Assembly (NCBI GenBank): GCA_035506195.1
Contig: DATJPV010000001.1
Location: 1 to 60,557 of the forward strand
From: Patescibacteria group bacterium
GTDB lineage: Bacteria; Omnitrophota; Gorgyraeia; Gygaellales; Profunditerraquicolaceae
Length of the DNA: 60,557 nucleotides
Reading direction: 5' to 3'
Part shown: positions 51,776-60,557 of the stretch, in pieces
Layout: each line of letters starts with the position of its first letter
Position numbering within the stretch: the first letter of the stretch is position 1
Made by a program: the position numbers and the translations under genes
The notes under the pieces: generated by a model
Told to the model about the DNA's origin: nothing
What the model saw: only the letters and a program-made list of their open reading frames with translations
The model's database searches: none

Positions 51776-53209
51776 TTACGCTTTCTCCCAGAGCATGTCG
51801 GCAAGCGCCCCCAGGGCCCTGGGCAGTTCCGCAACGGATTTCATCTTTGCGATGAACCTGATGATGGAGCGCGGATGCAGGTAAAATTTCAAATATGCCT
51901 TCCGCGCCAAGGCGCGAATGTCTTTTCTTGTAAGGCAGGTACCCACAACCGGAAGATGAAAGCCCTTTTCCGGTGCGATAGTGTATTCCCGCCAATAATC
52001 ATGCCCTGTATCCTTGAGCACCTGTTCATACAACGCTGTCTGGGGAGGATAGAAAATCGGCGCAATCTGCGCATAATCAAGGGGCAGGCTTGCCAATAAC
52101 TGCGCAGTCTGCGCCACGGTCTGCGTTGTTTCCCCCGGCGCGCCGATGATAAAGAAACCGAACGTCTCGATGCCGATTTTCTTGGTATACGCAACTTCCC
52201 TCTTGATGCGCTCCAGATCCATGTTCTTGCGTATGTTCTTTAATACCTCGGGGGAGCCGCTCTCGATGCCATAATATATCCTTAGACATCCGGCCTGCTT
52301 AAGGGCCCGAAGGGATTCCTCGTCCATAAGGTCGGCCCTGGTCCGCAAAGACCAGTGCACCTTGATGCTCCTTTTGTTGATCAGGTCGCATATCTGCAAT
52401 AACCTGATCCTGTCAACGGAAAAAATGCCATCGAACATATCGATCTCATTAATGCCGAATTCTTTAACGCAGCTGTCGATCTCATTCACTACCCTGCGGG
52501 GACTCATCGCCCTGTAGGGGATGCAATGATTATCGCAAAAGGTGCACTCAAAGACGCACCCCCTGCTGGTGGTCATGGCGGTGAAATTCTTATACTGCGA
52601 GATGAAAGAGTAGTACAACGAATTGTCGAGCAGATGGCGGGCAGGGAAGGCGACGGTATCCAAATCCCGCACGTATGAGGCAGGATTGATGATTGCCGCC
52701 CCGTCGTCGTCGCGCCAGGCAACGCCGCCAATGCCGCGGATATCCGCACCGCTTGCCAGGGCGCTTAACAAAAGAGGCAGCGCTTCTTCCGCGTCGCCGA
52801 TAACGCAATAGTCGATCTGGCGGTGAGTCAATATTTCGGCCGGGTATGCGCGCGCATGCGGTCCGCCGACAATGATCGGCGTGCGCAGGCGCAGGCGTAT
52901 GCGCCGTATCCATTCCAGGGTAAAGTGAAACTGGTATGTCGAAAGCGTAAATCCCAGAAAATCGGGACCGAACTCTTCGATCTTCCCGATTGCCTCATCG
53001 ACGCCTATTCCCGAGGCATTGGCATCGATAATCTGCACGCGGCAGCGATGCTTCTCCAGCGCTGCCGCTACTGCGCAGAGGCTTAAAGGCGTGATTTTGC
53101 CTAAATTTTTTTTTGCAGAAGCCAAAAAAACGGTATCATGGCTTTCCCGGTACGGAGGAAACACCAGGCACACTTTCATGCCGCCTAAATCGACCGATCT
53201 ATCGTTCAT
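51776..53209 (-). CDS. B12-binding-domain radical SAM enzyme
   Basis: N-terminal Rossmann-like module (KVCLVFPP...LSLCAVAAAL...FLGFTL...IIVGGPHA) followed by TSRGCVFECTFC (CxxxCxxC). Confidence 0.85.
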   Translation of the reverse strand: MNDRSVDLGGMKVCLVFPPYRESHDTVFLASAKKNLGKITPLSLCAVAAALEKHRCRVQIIDANASGIGVDEAIGKIEEFGPDFLGFTLSTYQFHFTLEWIRRIRLRLRTPIIVGGPHARAYPAEILTHRQIDYCVIGDAEEALPLLLSALASGADIRGIGGVAWRDDDGAAIINPASYVRDLDTVAFPARHLLDNSLYYSFISQYKNFTAMTTSRGCVFECTFCDNHCIPYRAMSPRRVVNEIDSCVKEFGINEIDMFDGIFSVDRIRLLQICDLINKRSIKVHWSLRTRADLMDEESLRALKQAGCLRIYYGIESGSPEVLKNIRKNMDLERIKREVAYTKKIGIETFGFFIIGAPGETTQTVAQTAQLLASLPLDYAQIAPIFYPPQTALYEQVLKDTGHDYWREYTIAPEKGFHLPVVGTCLTRKDIRALARKAYLKFYLHPRSIIRFIAKMKSVAELPRALGALADMLWEKA

Positions 53210-54149
53210 AAAACTCCACCTCTATATGCCCGAGAGCCGGGGCATTTTTGAAATATAGATAAAAAGAGCGGGATATATAGAGGACGGCGCTGAGCACGAA
53301 TACATACACGCCCAACAAGGCAATAGCAAAATGCATTATCGCAGTCTGGGGATAGCGCCCCAGTTCAATGATCCCGTTGATGAAGCCGTAAGAAAAGACC
53401 ACAAAGGAAAGGAATCCCGAAATGAATAGGAAGCGGTTTGAATTTTTCTCGAAAAAATTTATCTTAACGATCTCGAAAATGACCTCCAGGATCCGCGAGG
53501 GGCCGTACTTTGTTTTCCCGTACATCCGCCTGCGATGGGCCACCCTTATCTCGGTTACCCGCGCCCCATTGAGATGAAAGTAGAGCGGCAAGATTCTATG
53601 CATCCCTTGTTGAAAGACCATTCTTGAGGCAAGGTTTTTTTTAAAGATCTTCAGAGAACAGCCGATATCCCTGAATTTGCTGCCGCAGAGAAAACGCAGC
53701 AATACATTCGCTACGGCGGAAGGAAAAATCTTCGAAAAGAACGGATCCTGCCTCCTGTAGCGCACCCCCTGGACCAAATCATACCCTTCGTCAAGCTTCT
53801 GTAGCAGGCGCGGGATATCGGCGGGGTCATTCTGCAAATCTCCGTCCATGAATACGACGACCGGGAAGCGGCTATGATCCAGGCCTGCCTTAAAGGCGAA
53901 CGATTGCCCCAAGTTCCTGGGGAGATTGATTATCTTTGCATAGCGGGCAGGCGCACTGGCCAGCGCCTGGCGAAGCCTTGCATACGTGGCATCCGTACTG
54001 CCGTCGTTGACATACACCAGTTCATACCGGTAGCCGGCCACCGCAGAAAGCAATTGTGCATGAAGAAAGCAGACGTTGTCCTGCTCGTTATAAAACGGTA
54101 TGACAATGGAAAGTTCCGCGGGGCTTTTATTGTCTTGTGGCATCGGCAT
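53199..54149 (-). CDS. GT2 polyprenyl-phosphate glycosyltransferase (GtrB/ArnC/Dpm1-like) with a C-terminal two-TM hairpin
   Basis: The start is refined to the ATG at 54147-54149. It carries LSIVIPFYNEQDNV, VNDGSTD and FMDGDLQNDP (DxD). Two C-terminal TM helices are present (FLFISGFLSFVVFSYGFINGII; FAIALLGVYVFVLSAVLYI). Confidence 0.8.
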   Translation of the reverse strand: MPMPQDNKSPAELSIVIPFYNEQDNVCFLHAQLLSAVAGYRYELVYVNDGSTDATYARLRQALASAPARYAKIINLPRNLGQSFAFKAGLDHSRFPVVVFMDGDLQNDPADIPRLLQKLDEGYDLVQGVRYRRQDPFFSKIFPSAVANVLLRFLCGSKFRDIGCSLKIFKKNLASRMVFQQGMHRILPLYFHLNGARVTEIRVAHRRRMYGKTKYGPSRILEVIFEIVKINFFEKNSNRFLFISGFLSFVVFSYGFINGIIELGRYPQTAIMHFAIALLGVYVFVLSAVLYISRSFYLYFKNAPALGHIEVEFYER

Positions 54150-55836
54150 TGAGAAATGTGTCAAACCCCAAGTTGCGTAATTCTTGGGAGATCGCCAGCA
54201 GGCTTTGATGGTTATCGCAGTGTTGGCAATGCTGGTCATATAACGTCACGCCGTTTGAGAACACAAAGTCTGCGTTACGCTTCAGGTGCTTTGCTTTTAC
54301 CCTGTAGCTGCGGTAATCCCGGGATTCCCACAGGTCTTTGAAAGATTGCCGGTCCAAGTGTCCGGTGGTCCGCAAATGACAACAGAGGCTGGCATCATAC
54401 TGGGCCGGGATAAGGCAGAAATACCATCCGATCATGCACCCCTGTTGGGAAAAGACATCTTTTGACCAGGCGCCGGTATCGCGGTCATAGTGCCCAAGTT
54501 GAAAGAAAATATTATCGATGAATTCAACGCGGTGTCTCTTGAGGATCCTGGCGCATGCCGGCAGGTCTTTTTTGATGCTGCGCACGTGCGTATCTTGGAG
54601 TTTAAGCGACGCGTTGTTGGCGTCGAGCCGTATCAGATAAAAACGGCTGGCATCCGCTCCGATAGACGCATCGAGTCTGGCCATGGCAACGAGCTCGTGA
54701 TAATTAAGCGCATGGATCACATGGGTCATAATCAGCCGCGGCTCGGTTTTGTTCAGCCCTTTTCTTATCGCAAGGAGCCTCTTCAAATTCTCTACGGTAA
54801 CGTCGAACATTGCTTCGGTCCCCCTGGTCGTTACCTGCCTATATGTCTGGGCGGTGCCCGCGGGCAGGCTGCAGTATATCCCCTGCACGCCCAATTCCAC
54901 GGCCTGGCGCGCCTTGGGCTCGTCAAGGAGCGAACCGTTGGTAAAGAACGTGACCTCGATACCTTTGGCGCGGGCGTAGCTGACCATGTCAAAAAAAGCA
55001 CCGCACAGCAGCGGCTCTCCGTCCCCTTGCAAGATAATGGTATCGGTACGCAGGCGCGCAGCGTCATCAACGATGCGGGTGAAGATACCGTAATCGAATT
55101 GGCGGTCAAGGAATGCCTGCGGGTGGCGTATGCGCGGATTGTGCACGAAACAATGCGCACACTCTAGATTGCATTTATGATACGGATCAAACACTATCGT
55201 CTGCGGCCCGATAAAGGCATGTTCCGTAACAATGCCCAGAAGGCGCAGAAGCCCCTTTTCGGAGACCTTGCCCCGTTGCGCGTGAAACTGAACCAGCTGA
55301 AGGAGCTCAATCAGCTGTTCGTCGATGATGACCAGATCGATATGCGCAGGCTTAAGTTTTGTCTGTATCTGTTCTGCGTATAGGATAAAATTACGGATAA
55401 TGTCCCGGAGGGGATAAACGGCAAGCGGAGAAAACCCAATGTCCGTAGCGCCTTTAAGGCTCAACAGGGATGCGGCTATTTGGTCAAGGCAAAAGAAGTT
55501 GTACCGGCTCATACCGATCCTGCAATGGCTATCCCTGTCTTCTGATAAGGCCTCCTTAAAATTATCTACCGCTTCGGCGAAGCTTGAACCGTCGCCGGCT
55601 ATCCGCTCATGTAGTTCGGCGAAATGGCCGAAGAAATAACGCGCCCCCTGCGCACGCCGAGGTTCGAAAGAGAATAGTTGCGCAAGGGTACGCAAGTGCG
55701 CATGACCAAGCGTTAAGGTATGCAAATAATCGCGAAGCTCCCGGGGGTTACCGATGCGGACGGCAACGTCCTTGGCTCTCCTCAACGCGGTTTCAAGCTT
55801 CAGATCTCTGGTCTGTACGCCATTTGCAAGACGCAT
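54127..55836 (-). CDS. Radical SAM enzyme with a SPASM-like C-terminus and an unassigned ~200-aa N-terminal domain
   Basis: Cluster motif HKCNLECAHC and glycine-rich ILQGDGEPLL. The C-terminal Cys-rich tail reads QQGCMIGWYFC...SLCCHL...QHCQHCDNH. Confidence 0.8.
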   Translation of the reverse strand: MRLANGVQTRDLKLETALRRAKDVAVRIGNPRELRDYLHTLTLGHAHLRTLAQLFSFEPRRAQGARYFFGHFAELHERIAGDGSSFAEAVDNFKEALSEDRDSHCRIGMSRYNFFCLDQIAASLLSLKGATDIGFSPLAVYPLRDIIRNFILYAEQIQTKLKPAHIDLVIIDEQLIELLQLVQFHAQRGKVSEKGLLRLLGIVTEHAFIGPQTIVFDPYHKCNLECAHCFVHNPRIRHPQAFLDRQFDYGIFTRIVDDAARLRTDTIILQGDGEPLLCGAFFDMVSYARAKGIEVTFFTNGSLLDEPKARQAVELGVQGIYCSLPAGTAQTYRQVTTRGTEAMFDVTVENLKRLLAIRKGLNKTEPRLIMTHVIHALNYHELVAMARLDASIGADASRFYLIRLDANNASLKLQDTHVRSIKKDLPACARILKRHRVEFIDNIFFQLGHYDRDTGAWSKDVFSQQGCMIGWYFCLIPAQYDASLCCHLRTTGHLDRQSFKDLWESRDYRSYRVKAKHLKRNADFVFSNGVTLYDQHCQHCDNHQSLLAISQELRNLGFDTFLNADATRQ

Positions 55837-55839
55837 AGT

Positions 55840-56895
55840 CTAGAAAAAATAAGGGAAATCTCCTTCAAAAAAGCAATTGAGCAAAAAGTGGCAATTATGC
55901 TTACAGCCGGCGACATCCCTGCGGACCGACTTGGCTTGGTCGGAAAGCCACAGGTCCTCTACCCGGCTGGTTTTGATGGTACCCAGCCTGGCCCACCGGA
56001 AACATACAAAGACATCGCCCATGGCGCTGATATGCAGGGCCCGGGACATGTTGCACTCCGCGGTTTTGACAAATTTTGCCGGGTTGGCAAAATACGATTT
56101 AAAAGCCCTTAGCTGCGGTATCTGGTTGACGATCTTGTGCCCTTTACGCTTAAGCTCAATCAGGCGGTCTAATACCGCATGCACCTTTCGTGTGTCTTGT
56201 GGCCAAAGCTGCCGGAACGCGTCTTCTTCATACCAGCGCACCTGGGGCGGGGTATTATTGGGCTGCATCGCAGCCATAAAATATATCCACTCCAGACGCT
56301 GGTCGGCCTGCACGACATTCGTCAACTCCAGTATGTCATCCAGATTGATACCGCATATGATCGTGCATATCCCTTTTTTCAGTGACGGACAATGTGTATC
56401 CAGATGCGCTATCGCCTCCTGCGCCCTTCTATAGACGCCCGGCAGGCCCCGCACATAATCATGGGTTTCTTCCCGGAAGCTGTCCAGGGAGATGTTGATG
56501 GTGGATAATCCGGAGTCAGCAATCTCCCTGGCCTTGGCTTCGTCGATGAGGTAGGCATTGGTGGCGATGTTGGTAGTAAAACCGTTGTCTGCGGCATATT
56601 TGACCAGTTCAAGAACCCCCTCCTTTAATAACGGCTCCCCGCCTCCGAAGTTTATCAGGAACCCCTTATCCGTTATCTGCCGCAAGGACCCTATCGCTTG
56701 CTTCCATTGCGAAAGAGACGGCGGCGTATCGCCAGGCTTGACCGCGGCATCCGTCTTCCATTTACGACACATCTGGCACCTGAGCATGCATTCCTCGGTT
56801 ATGGCGAAGCAACAAAAGTTCGGCTTGGTATTCTCACCGGGAAGCCTCTCCAGCCTCTGGCATAAATCGATCAAAAATTTCTTCACCATTACCAT
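55840..56895 (-). CDS. Radical SAM enzyme with a SPASM/twitch-like C-terminus
   Basis: Contains ITEECMLRCQMC and NFGGGEPLL. The C-terminal Cys pattern is ECNMS...GDVFVCF...GCKHNCHFLLNC. Confidence 0.8.
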   Translation of the reverse strand: MVMVKKFLIDLCQRLERLPGENTKPNFCCFAITEECMLRCQMCRKWKTDAAVKPGDTPPSLSQWKQAIGSLRQITDKGFLINFGGGEPLLKEGVLELVKYAADNGFTTNIATNAYLIDEAKAREIADSGLSTINISLDSFREETHDYVRGLPGVYRRAQEAIAHLDTHCPSLKKGICTIICGINLDDILELTNVVQADQRLEWIYFMAAMQPNNTPPQVRWYEEDAFRQLWPQDTRKVHAVLDRLIELKRKGHKIVNQIPQLRAFKSYFANPAKFVKTAECNMSRALHISAMGDVFVCFRWARLGTIKTSRVEDLWLSDQAKSVRRDVAGCKHNCHFLLNCFFEGDFPYFF

Positions 56896-58145
56896 CTCCG
56901 CCGGAAGAACGCGTTATTGAAGCGGGCAGTGTTGGCGAGGGCCTGCAATGCCTTGCGCCGGGAAGGGGTCAAGCCCGCAAGCTTCTGGTGCATACATATA
57001 TTCCTGCCTACATCATCACAACTTTTATAACAACCGACGTTTTTCTCCGGGTCATTGCCGATCATCCGCAGAAGCGGCGAATCTTTTTGAGGACGCAGGG
57101 CGCACCTGCGGAACTCTCTTTGCCGGGCGTTATTCCATATCACGTCGAAATCCTCTGCATACAGATTACCGATAGGGATTCGATGCGCCTTCAGGCAGGA
57201 ATTTACGTTACCGTCGGCGATGATCCGGGCAAAGAGCCAACCGACATAACAAGGCATGGTATCGAGAAACCCCTTGTCATACTCGGCGTCGCGGCTGTGG
57301 CTGCTGGATGCGCGTCTGACAAAATGTTCGAAGTTCTCGATAATACACCTTCCTTGCGCGTCATAATAACGCCTGTCATTTTTTGCCTTATCGCACATCT
57401 GCAGCAACTGGCGGGTCTGGGGTCCATCCAGCAGCAGCCCTTCCGTACGGCCGGGGATCGTATCTACCACGGTAAACTCTACGGACTCGCAACCTGTCTC
57501 CAAAGCAAAATCTGCCATACTCAAAAACTCCGCATAATTAAGCTGGGAGATGACATTATATACCCTGACTCTCGGGAACATGTTTTTCTTGGCATTCAAC
57601 GCAATCAAGAGCCTTTTGATCCTTAAGAAGTCTTCTTCCTGCTTATTGGGGTGGGTTTTGACATAGCTTGGGCTCGTCGCGGCCCACAGGCTTACTACCA
57701 GATGATCAAGTTTGCTTTCCAGCATCCTTGCAAGGGCGGGTTCATCGGCGAGGGTAAAATTTGTGTGCAACTGACAGATGAAACCTTTTGATTTTGCATA
57801 TGCGATAATATCAAGAGCCCTGGGATGCATCAACGGTTCGCCGCCGCCGCTGAAATACAACTCCATGGTCCCCATCGCGGCAAGCTTATCGATCAACCTG
57901 ATCACCACCTCATATTCCAAGGTCTGTTTTTTGACGTCAGGGGGCGTGGCTTTATCGCCCAGGAGCGGAGAATTACACCAACAGGCAATGCAGTTGTTGT
58001 TACAGTTATTGGTGAGGTCTATCTGGACGCAGTCCGGCCCCTTATAGGCGTATTCTCCGTCAAGGATACCGATGATATTCAAAACGTTCCTTTTGACCCT
58101 GGCGATATCCGAATATTTTTTGAGGGTGCGCGCTATCTTTTTCAT
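56889..58145 (-). CDS. Radical SAM/SPASM domain enzyme
   Basis: Contains DLTNNCNNNCIACW and YFSGGGEPLMHP. The SPASM-like tail reads MPCYVGW...DGNVNSC...IGNLYAEDFDVIW...GCYKSCDDVGRNIC. Confidence 0.85.
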   Translation of the reverse strand: MKKIARTLKKYSDIARVKRNVLNIIGILDGEYAYKGPDCVQIDLTNNCNNNCIACWCNSPLLGDKATPPDVKKQTLEYEVVIRLIDKLAAMGTMELYFSGGGEPLMHPRALDIIAYAKSKGFICQLHTNFTLADEPALARMLESKLDHLVVSLWAATSPSYVKTHPNKQEEDFLRIKRLLIALNAKKNMFPRVRVYNVISQLNYAEFLSMADFALETGCESVEFTVVDTIPGRTEGLLLDGPQTRQLLQMCDKAKNDRRYYDAQGRCIIENFEHFVRRASSSHSRDAEYDKGFLDTMPCYVGWLFARIIADGNVNSCLKAHRIPIGNLYAEDFDVIWNNARQREFRRCALRPQKDSPLLRMIGNDPEKNVGCYKSCDDVGRNICMHQKLAGLTPSRRKALQALANTARFNNAFFRRRW

Positions 58146-58147
58146 TG

Positions 58148-59659
58148 TTACATGTTGGCTACATACCGTGCCGTCTTGACAAGCGTATGCAATGCGCCGT
58201 GATTTTTTATGTTGTTACACCAGGCTAGACGCAACTCTTTATCAAAGGGCATGGTAATAAGTGTTTTTTTGCTCCTTCTGTACTTTCTCCAGGCATGCAG
58301 CGCCTCCTGCCTTGCCTTTTCCAGGTCACCGGCCGCCAGGGTGGCGGTTTTGATGACGCTTCTGGAAGCGCCATCGTAATCGGACCAGTCCTGCGATACG
58401 ATATCTCCCTGTGACTGCAGGCGTCTGTAGTATGCCGTGCCCGGATAAGGCGTCAGAATGGAGAACTGCACCGTATGAGGCTCCAAGCCCATTGCAAACT
58501 CAATGGTCTTTTGGATGGTCTGTGGTGTTTCTCCGGGCAAGCCGAACACAAAGCTAAGGTGTATCTTGATGCCGAGCGCCTTCGTCAGGCGTATCATACG
58601 CGCGGACTTTTCCAGGTCCATATGCTTATCCACCGCATCCAAAAGCCCCTGGTCGGCTGATTCGACCCCGTATTTTACCGAATATAATCCGGCCCGGCGC
58701 ATTGCGGTCAATGTCTCTTCATCCATCAGGTCGGCGCGCGCCATAACCGCCCAGGGCGCCGTAAGGCCGCGGCGCTTTATCTCTGCGCATATCTCCAAGA
58801 CATGCGATTTATTAATATTGAAAGTGTCGTCGTCGAAATAGACAGATCTGAATGTACCGCCGGCGACTAAATACTCCATCTCATCTACGATTGCGCGGGG
58901 ACGACGCATGCGGTACTGATTGTTGTTATACACCAGCTGCGGCCAGGCGCAAAAGGTGCACCCGAAAGGACACCCCCGGCTAGCCAACATCTGGACGCTG
59001 GGCGTCTTCAGGTTTCCCGGAGCGTCAATATAACTGGCCATCGGCAGCCCTTCCCGTACAGGCCAGGGGAGTGCATCGAGATCGGTGATGGGGCTGCGCG
59101 CCGGATTAACCCTGATATGCCCATTATCCCGATACACAAGACCGTCTATCTTTTCTAGGCCGGCACCGCCGTGGAGGTACTCATACAGCTGCAGGCTCGT
59201 ATACTCATATTCGCCTATCATAGCGTAATCGATGAAATCATTCTGCTCAAAAAACAAGGGGGTCCGGATACTAAAATCCATGCCGCACACCGCTATCCTC
59301 ATACCGGCTCGCTTGATGCGGCGCAGGATCGCCAAATCATTCGCTAGAGAAGGAGTGGACACTTCGGCAACCAGAAGCCTGGGCTGGGCCTGGGCAACCA
59401 ATGCCGCAAAGGCATCTTCAGGAATCGCCTCAGCGATGGCATCGATGAGTTGAGCGCGTATGCCCTGCTGCAGCAACACGGCAGCAGTGTAGGCCAAAAA
59501 GAAAGGAAACGGCAGATACATCTCCTCTCCTTTGTTTTTTATGTGCGGCCATCTTGACCCTGCCCTCACCCCCCAGTTATCTCCTCGCTTCCACGGCAAA
59601 TTGACCAAGATAACCTCGGCCGGCTTCACCATCTGTCTTCGCGAATGTTTAGTATCCAT
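58148..59659 (-). CDS. B12-binding-domain radical SAM enzyme
   Basis: N-terminal Rossmann-like module (VILVNLPW...LAYTAAVLLQQG...IAVCGMD) followed by ASRGCPFGCTFC. Confidence 0.85.
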   Translation of the reverse strand: MDTKHSRRQMVKPAEVILVNLPWKRGDNWGVRAGSRWPHIKNKGEEMYLPFPFFLAYTAAVLLQQGIRAQLIDAIAEAIPEDAFAALVAQAQPRLLVAEVSTPSLANDLAILRRIKRAGMRIAVCGMDFSIRTPLFFEQNDFIDYAMIGEYEYTSLQLYEYLHGGAGLEKIDGLVYRDNGHIRVNPARSPITDLDALPWPVREGLPMASYIDAPGNLKTPSVQMLASRGCPFGCTFCAWPQLVYNNNQYRMRRPRAIVDEMEYLVAGGTFRSVYFDDDTFNINKSHVLEICAEIKRRGLTAPWAVMARADLMDEETLTAMRRAGLYSVKYGVESADQGLLDAVDKHMDLEKSARMIRLTKALGIKIHLSFVFGLPGETPQTIQKTIEFAMGLEPHTVQFSILTPYPGTAYYRRLQSQGDIVSQDWSDYDGASRSVIKTATLAAGDLEKARQEALHAWRKYRRSKKTLITMPFDKELRLAWCNNIKNHGALHTLVKTARYVANM

Positions 59660-59665
59660 CTGTCT

Positions 59666-60556
59666 TTACTCTGCGATAATCTTCTTATACACCACGACCT
59701 GATAGGCGTTGGCAAATGTAAACCTGGCTGCCTCCTGGAAAAGCCCGAGATGAGCGGCAAAGGCAGCCATGAATTTCTGTTTGCCGTCCGCCAACCGTTT
59801 CCCCTCGTTAAGCACACCCACCTGAATACGACTGACGCGGTCGATGAGGGTAAAAGTAACGGAGTTCTTAATGTTATCGGCATCGTAGACGGTCACGGTC
59901 TGGTTCAGGTAATCCTGATTCCAAACCTGGTGAGCGCCGATATAAAGATCCTCGATGCTCAAGGGGCAACCCTGATTACCGACGCAGGCACTGGCCTTGT
60001 TGACCGGGGTGCCGGTGGTGATCTCTTGGGTGAAAGCGACCATCTCGCCTGCCTTGAAATAAAAATCTTCGTAGACCGGACCGTCAGGAGCATATCTCCA
60101 GGGCTGATTGGTATCGACGATATAATCGGCGGTACGCAGGGTCTTTTCCCAGTCCGTGTCTTTACGCAAGGCAGCGTCCGCCAGGTCGCCGTGCGTAGGC
60201 GACAAAACCCATGCCCTCCCGGCGGCATAGTGCAGTTCGGCGCACAAATGGTCTCCTGCTTCTTGCGCGAATGATACGATCCTGATATCTTTTCTCGTTT
60301 CCAGGATCTCCTTCCTAAAATAGCCCAGCAAGGCCTGGAATACTTCAAACCCCTGGTCATGACGAAAAGAGAACATCGCGCCGTTGGCGTACCGCCTGAT
60401 CCGTGAAGCATCCAGGAAGGACGGGGAAAACGTCAGGGCAAATTGAGCCAGGCATACCAGGGCAACCAGGCCCAGATACGCCTTCTTCATGCGCATGGAC
60501 GAAGCGGCCAGCTCGATGCCCAGGATCAAGGAAAGGGCCGGTATGAGCGGCAGCAT
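59666..60556 (-). CDS. Partial CDS (5' end beyond the window): hydrophobic segment(s) followed by a ~250-aa soluble domain of unknown function
   Basis: The frame stays open to the window edge. The visible part has TM-like LPLIPALSLILGIELAA and AYLGLVALVCLAQFALTF, then a domain I do not recognise. A start at MRMKK (signal-peptide-like) cannot be excluded. A 6-nt gap separates it from the next gene. Confidence 0.5.
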   Translation of the reverse strand: MLPLIPALSLILGIELAASSMRMKKAYLGLVALVCLAQFALTFSPSFLDASRIRRYANGAMFSFRHDQGFEVFQALLGYFRKEILETRKDIRIVSFAQEAGDHLCAELHYAAGRAWVLSPTHGDLADAALRKDTDWEKTLRTADYIVDTNQPWRYAPDGPVYEDFYFKAGEMVAFTQEITTGTPVNKASACVGNQGCPLSIEDLYIGAHQVWNQDYLNQTVTVYDADNIKNSVTFTLIDRVSRIQVGVLNEGKRLADGKQKFMAAFAAHLGLFQEAARFTFANAYQVVVYKKIIAE

Positions 60557-60557
60557 A

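Noticed and set aside
54127-58145. Three SPASM/twitch radical SAM genes, considered as a RiPP maturase set.
   Set aside because: No precursor-sized ORF, PqqD/RRE domain, peptidase or transporter is visible, and the inter-gene gaps are at most 6 nt. This is kept as an alternative only if a precursor lies beyond position 60557.
1-60557. Screen for CRISPR arrays, tRNA/rRNA genes, IS elements, integrases, toxin-antitoxin pairs or classic defence genes.
   Set aside because: Non-coding space is limited to four gaps of 83-231 nt, none with repeat-spacer structure or tRNA-like sequence. No ORF shows transposase, integrase, nuclease-helicase or TA hallmarks by eye.

Overview
This 60.6-kb bacterial chromosomal segment is almost entirely coding. 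It holds about 50 genes, all but one on the minus strand, and many junctions have 1-35 nt start/stop overlaps. I saw no rRNA, tRNA, CRISPR array, transposase, integrase or phage gene. There are three blocks. (i) 1-17.1 kb is an envelope glycoconjugate block. It contains four TMTC-like GT-C membrane glycosyltransferases with C-terminal TPR arrays, a GT9, another polytopic GT-C-like protein, three SGNH hydrolases (one with six TPRs inserted in the fold), a PP-loop N-acetyl-sugar amidotransferase, and a carbamoyltransferase with SxtJ/SxtK-like mini-ORFs. (ii) 17.1-34.5 kb is mostly housekeeping: tatA-tatC followed by a DUF362 protein and a NapH-NapG-like fused polyferredoxin, two CBS proteins, folE, mnmE, folC, a sulfatase-fold protein, purH, a P-loop-less YchF-like protein and an EF-G paralog. 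It ends with a lysine-2,3-aminomutase operon carrying two tandem Ddl-like ATP-grasp ligases. (iii) 34.7-60.6 kb is a second, tightly coupled glycan block. It contains GT2 x3, GT4, a Wzy_C/O-antigen-ligase-like gene (the only plus-strand gene), an alkaline-phosphatase-family protein, a GH-A hydrolase, a GT-C protein fused to a CBM48-like module, AsnB, two PMT_2-like GT-C proteins, a second carbamoyltransferase and five radical SAM enzymes (two B12-type, three SPASM/twitch-type). The best candidates for undescribed biology are the radical-SAM-dense operon built around a polyprenyl-phosphate glycosyltransferase with no precursor peptide, the array of bacterial TMTC-like TPR glycosyltransferases, the Tat-linked DUF362 plus NapHG-fusion redox module, and the beta-lysine/ATP-grasp operon with a terminator-containing leader. 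All functional calls come from motif recognition by eye. No database search was run.
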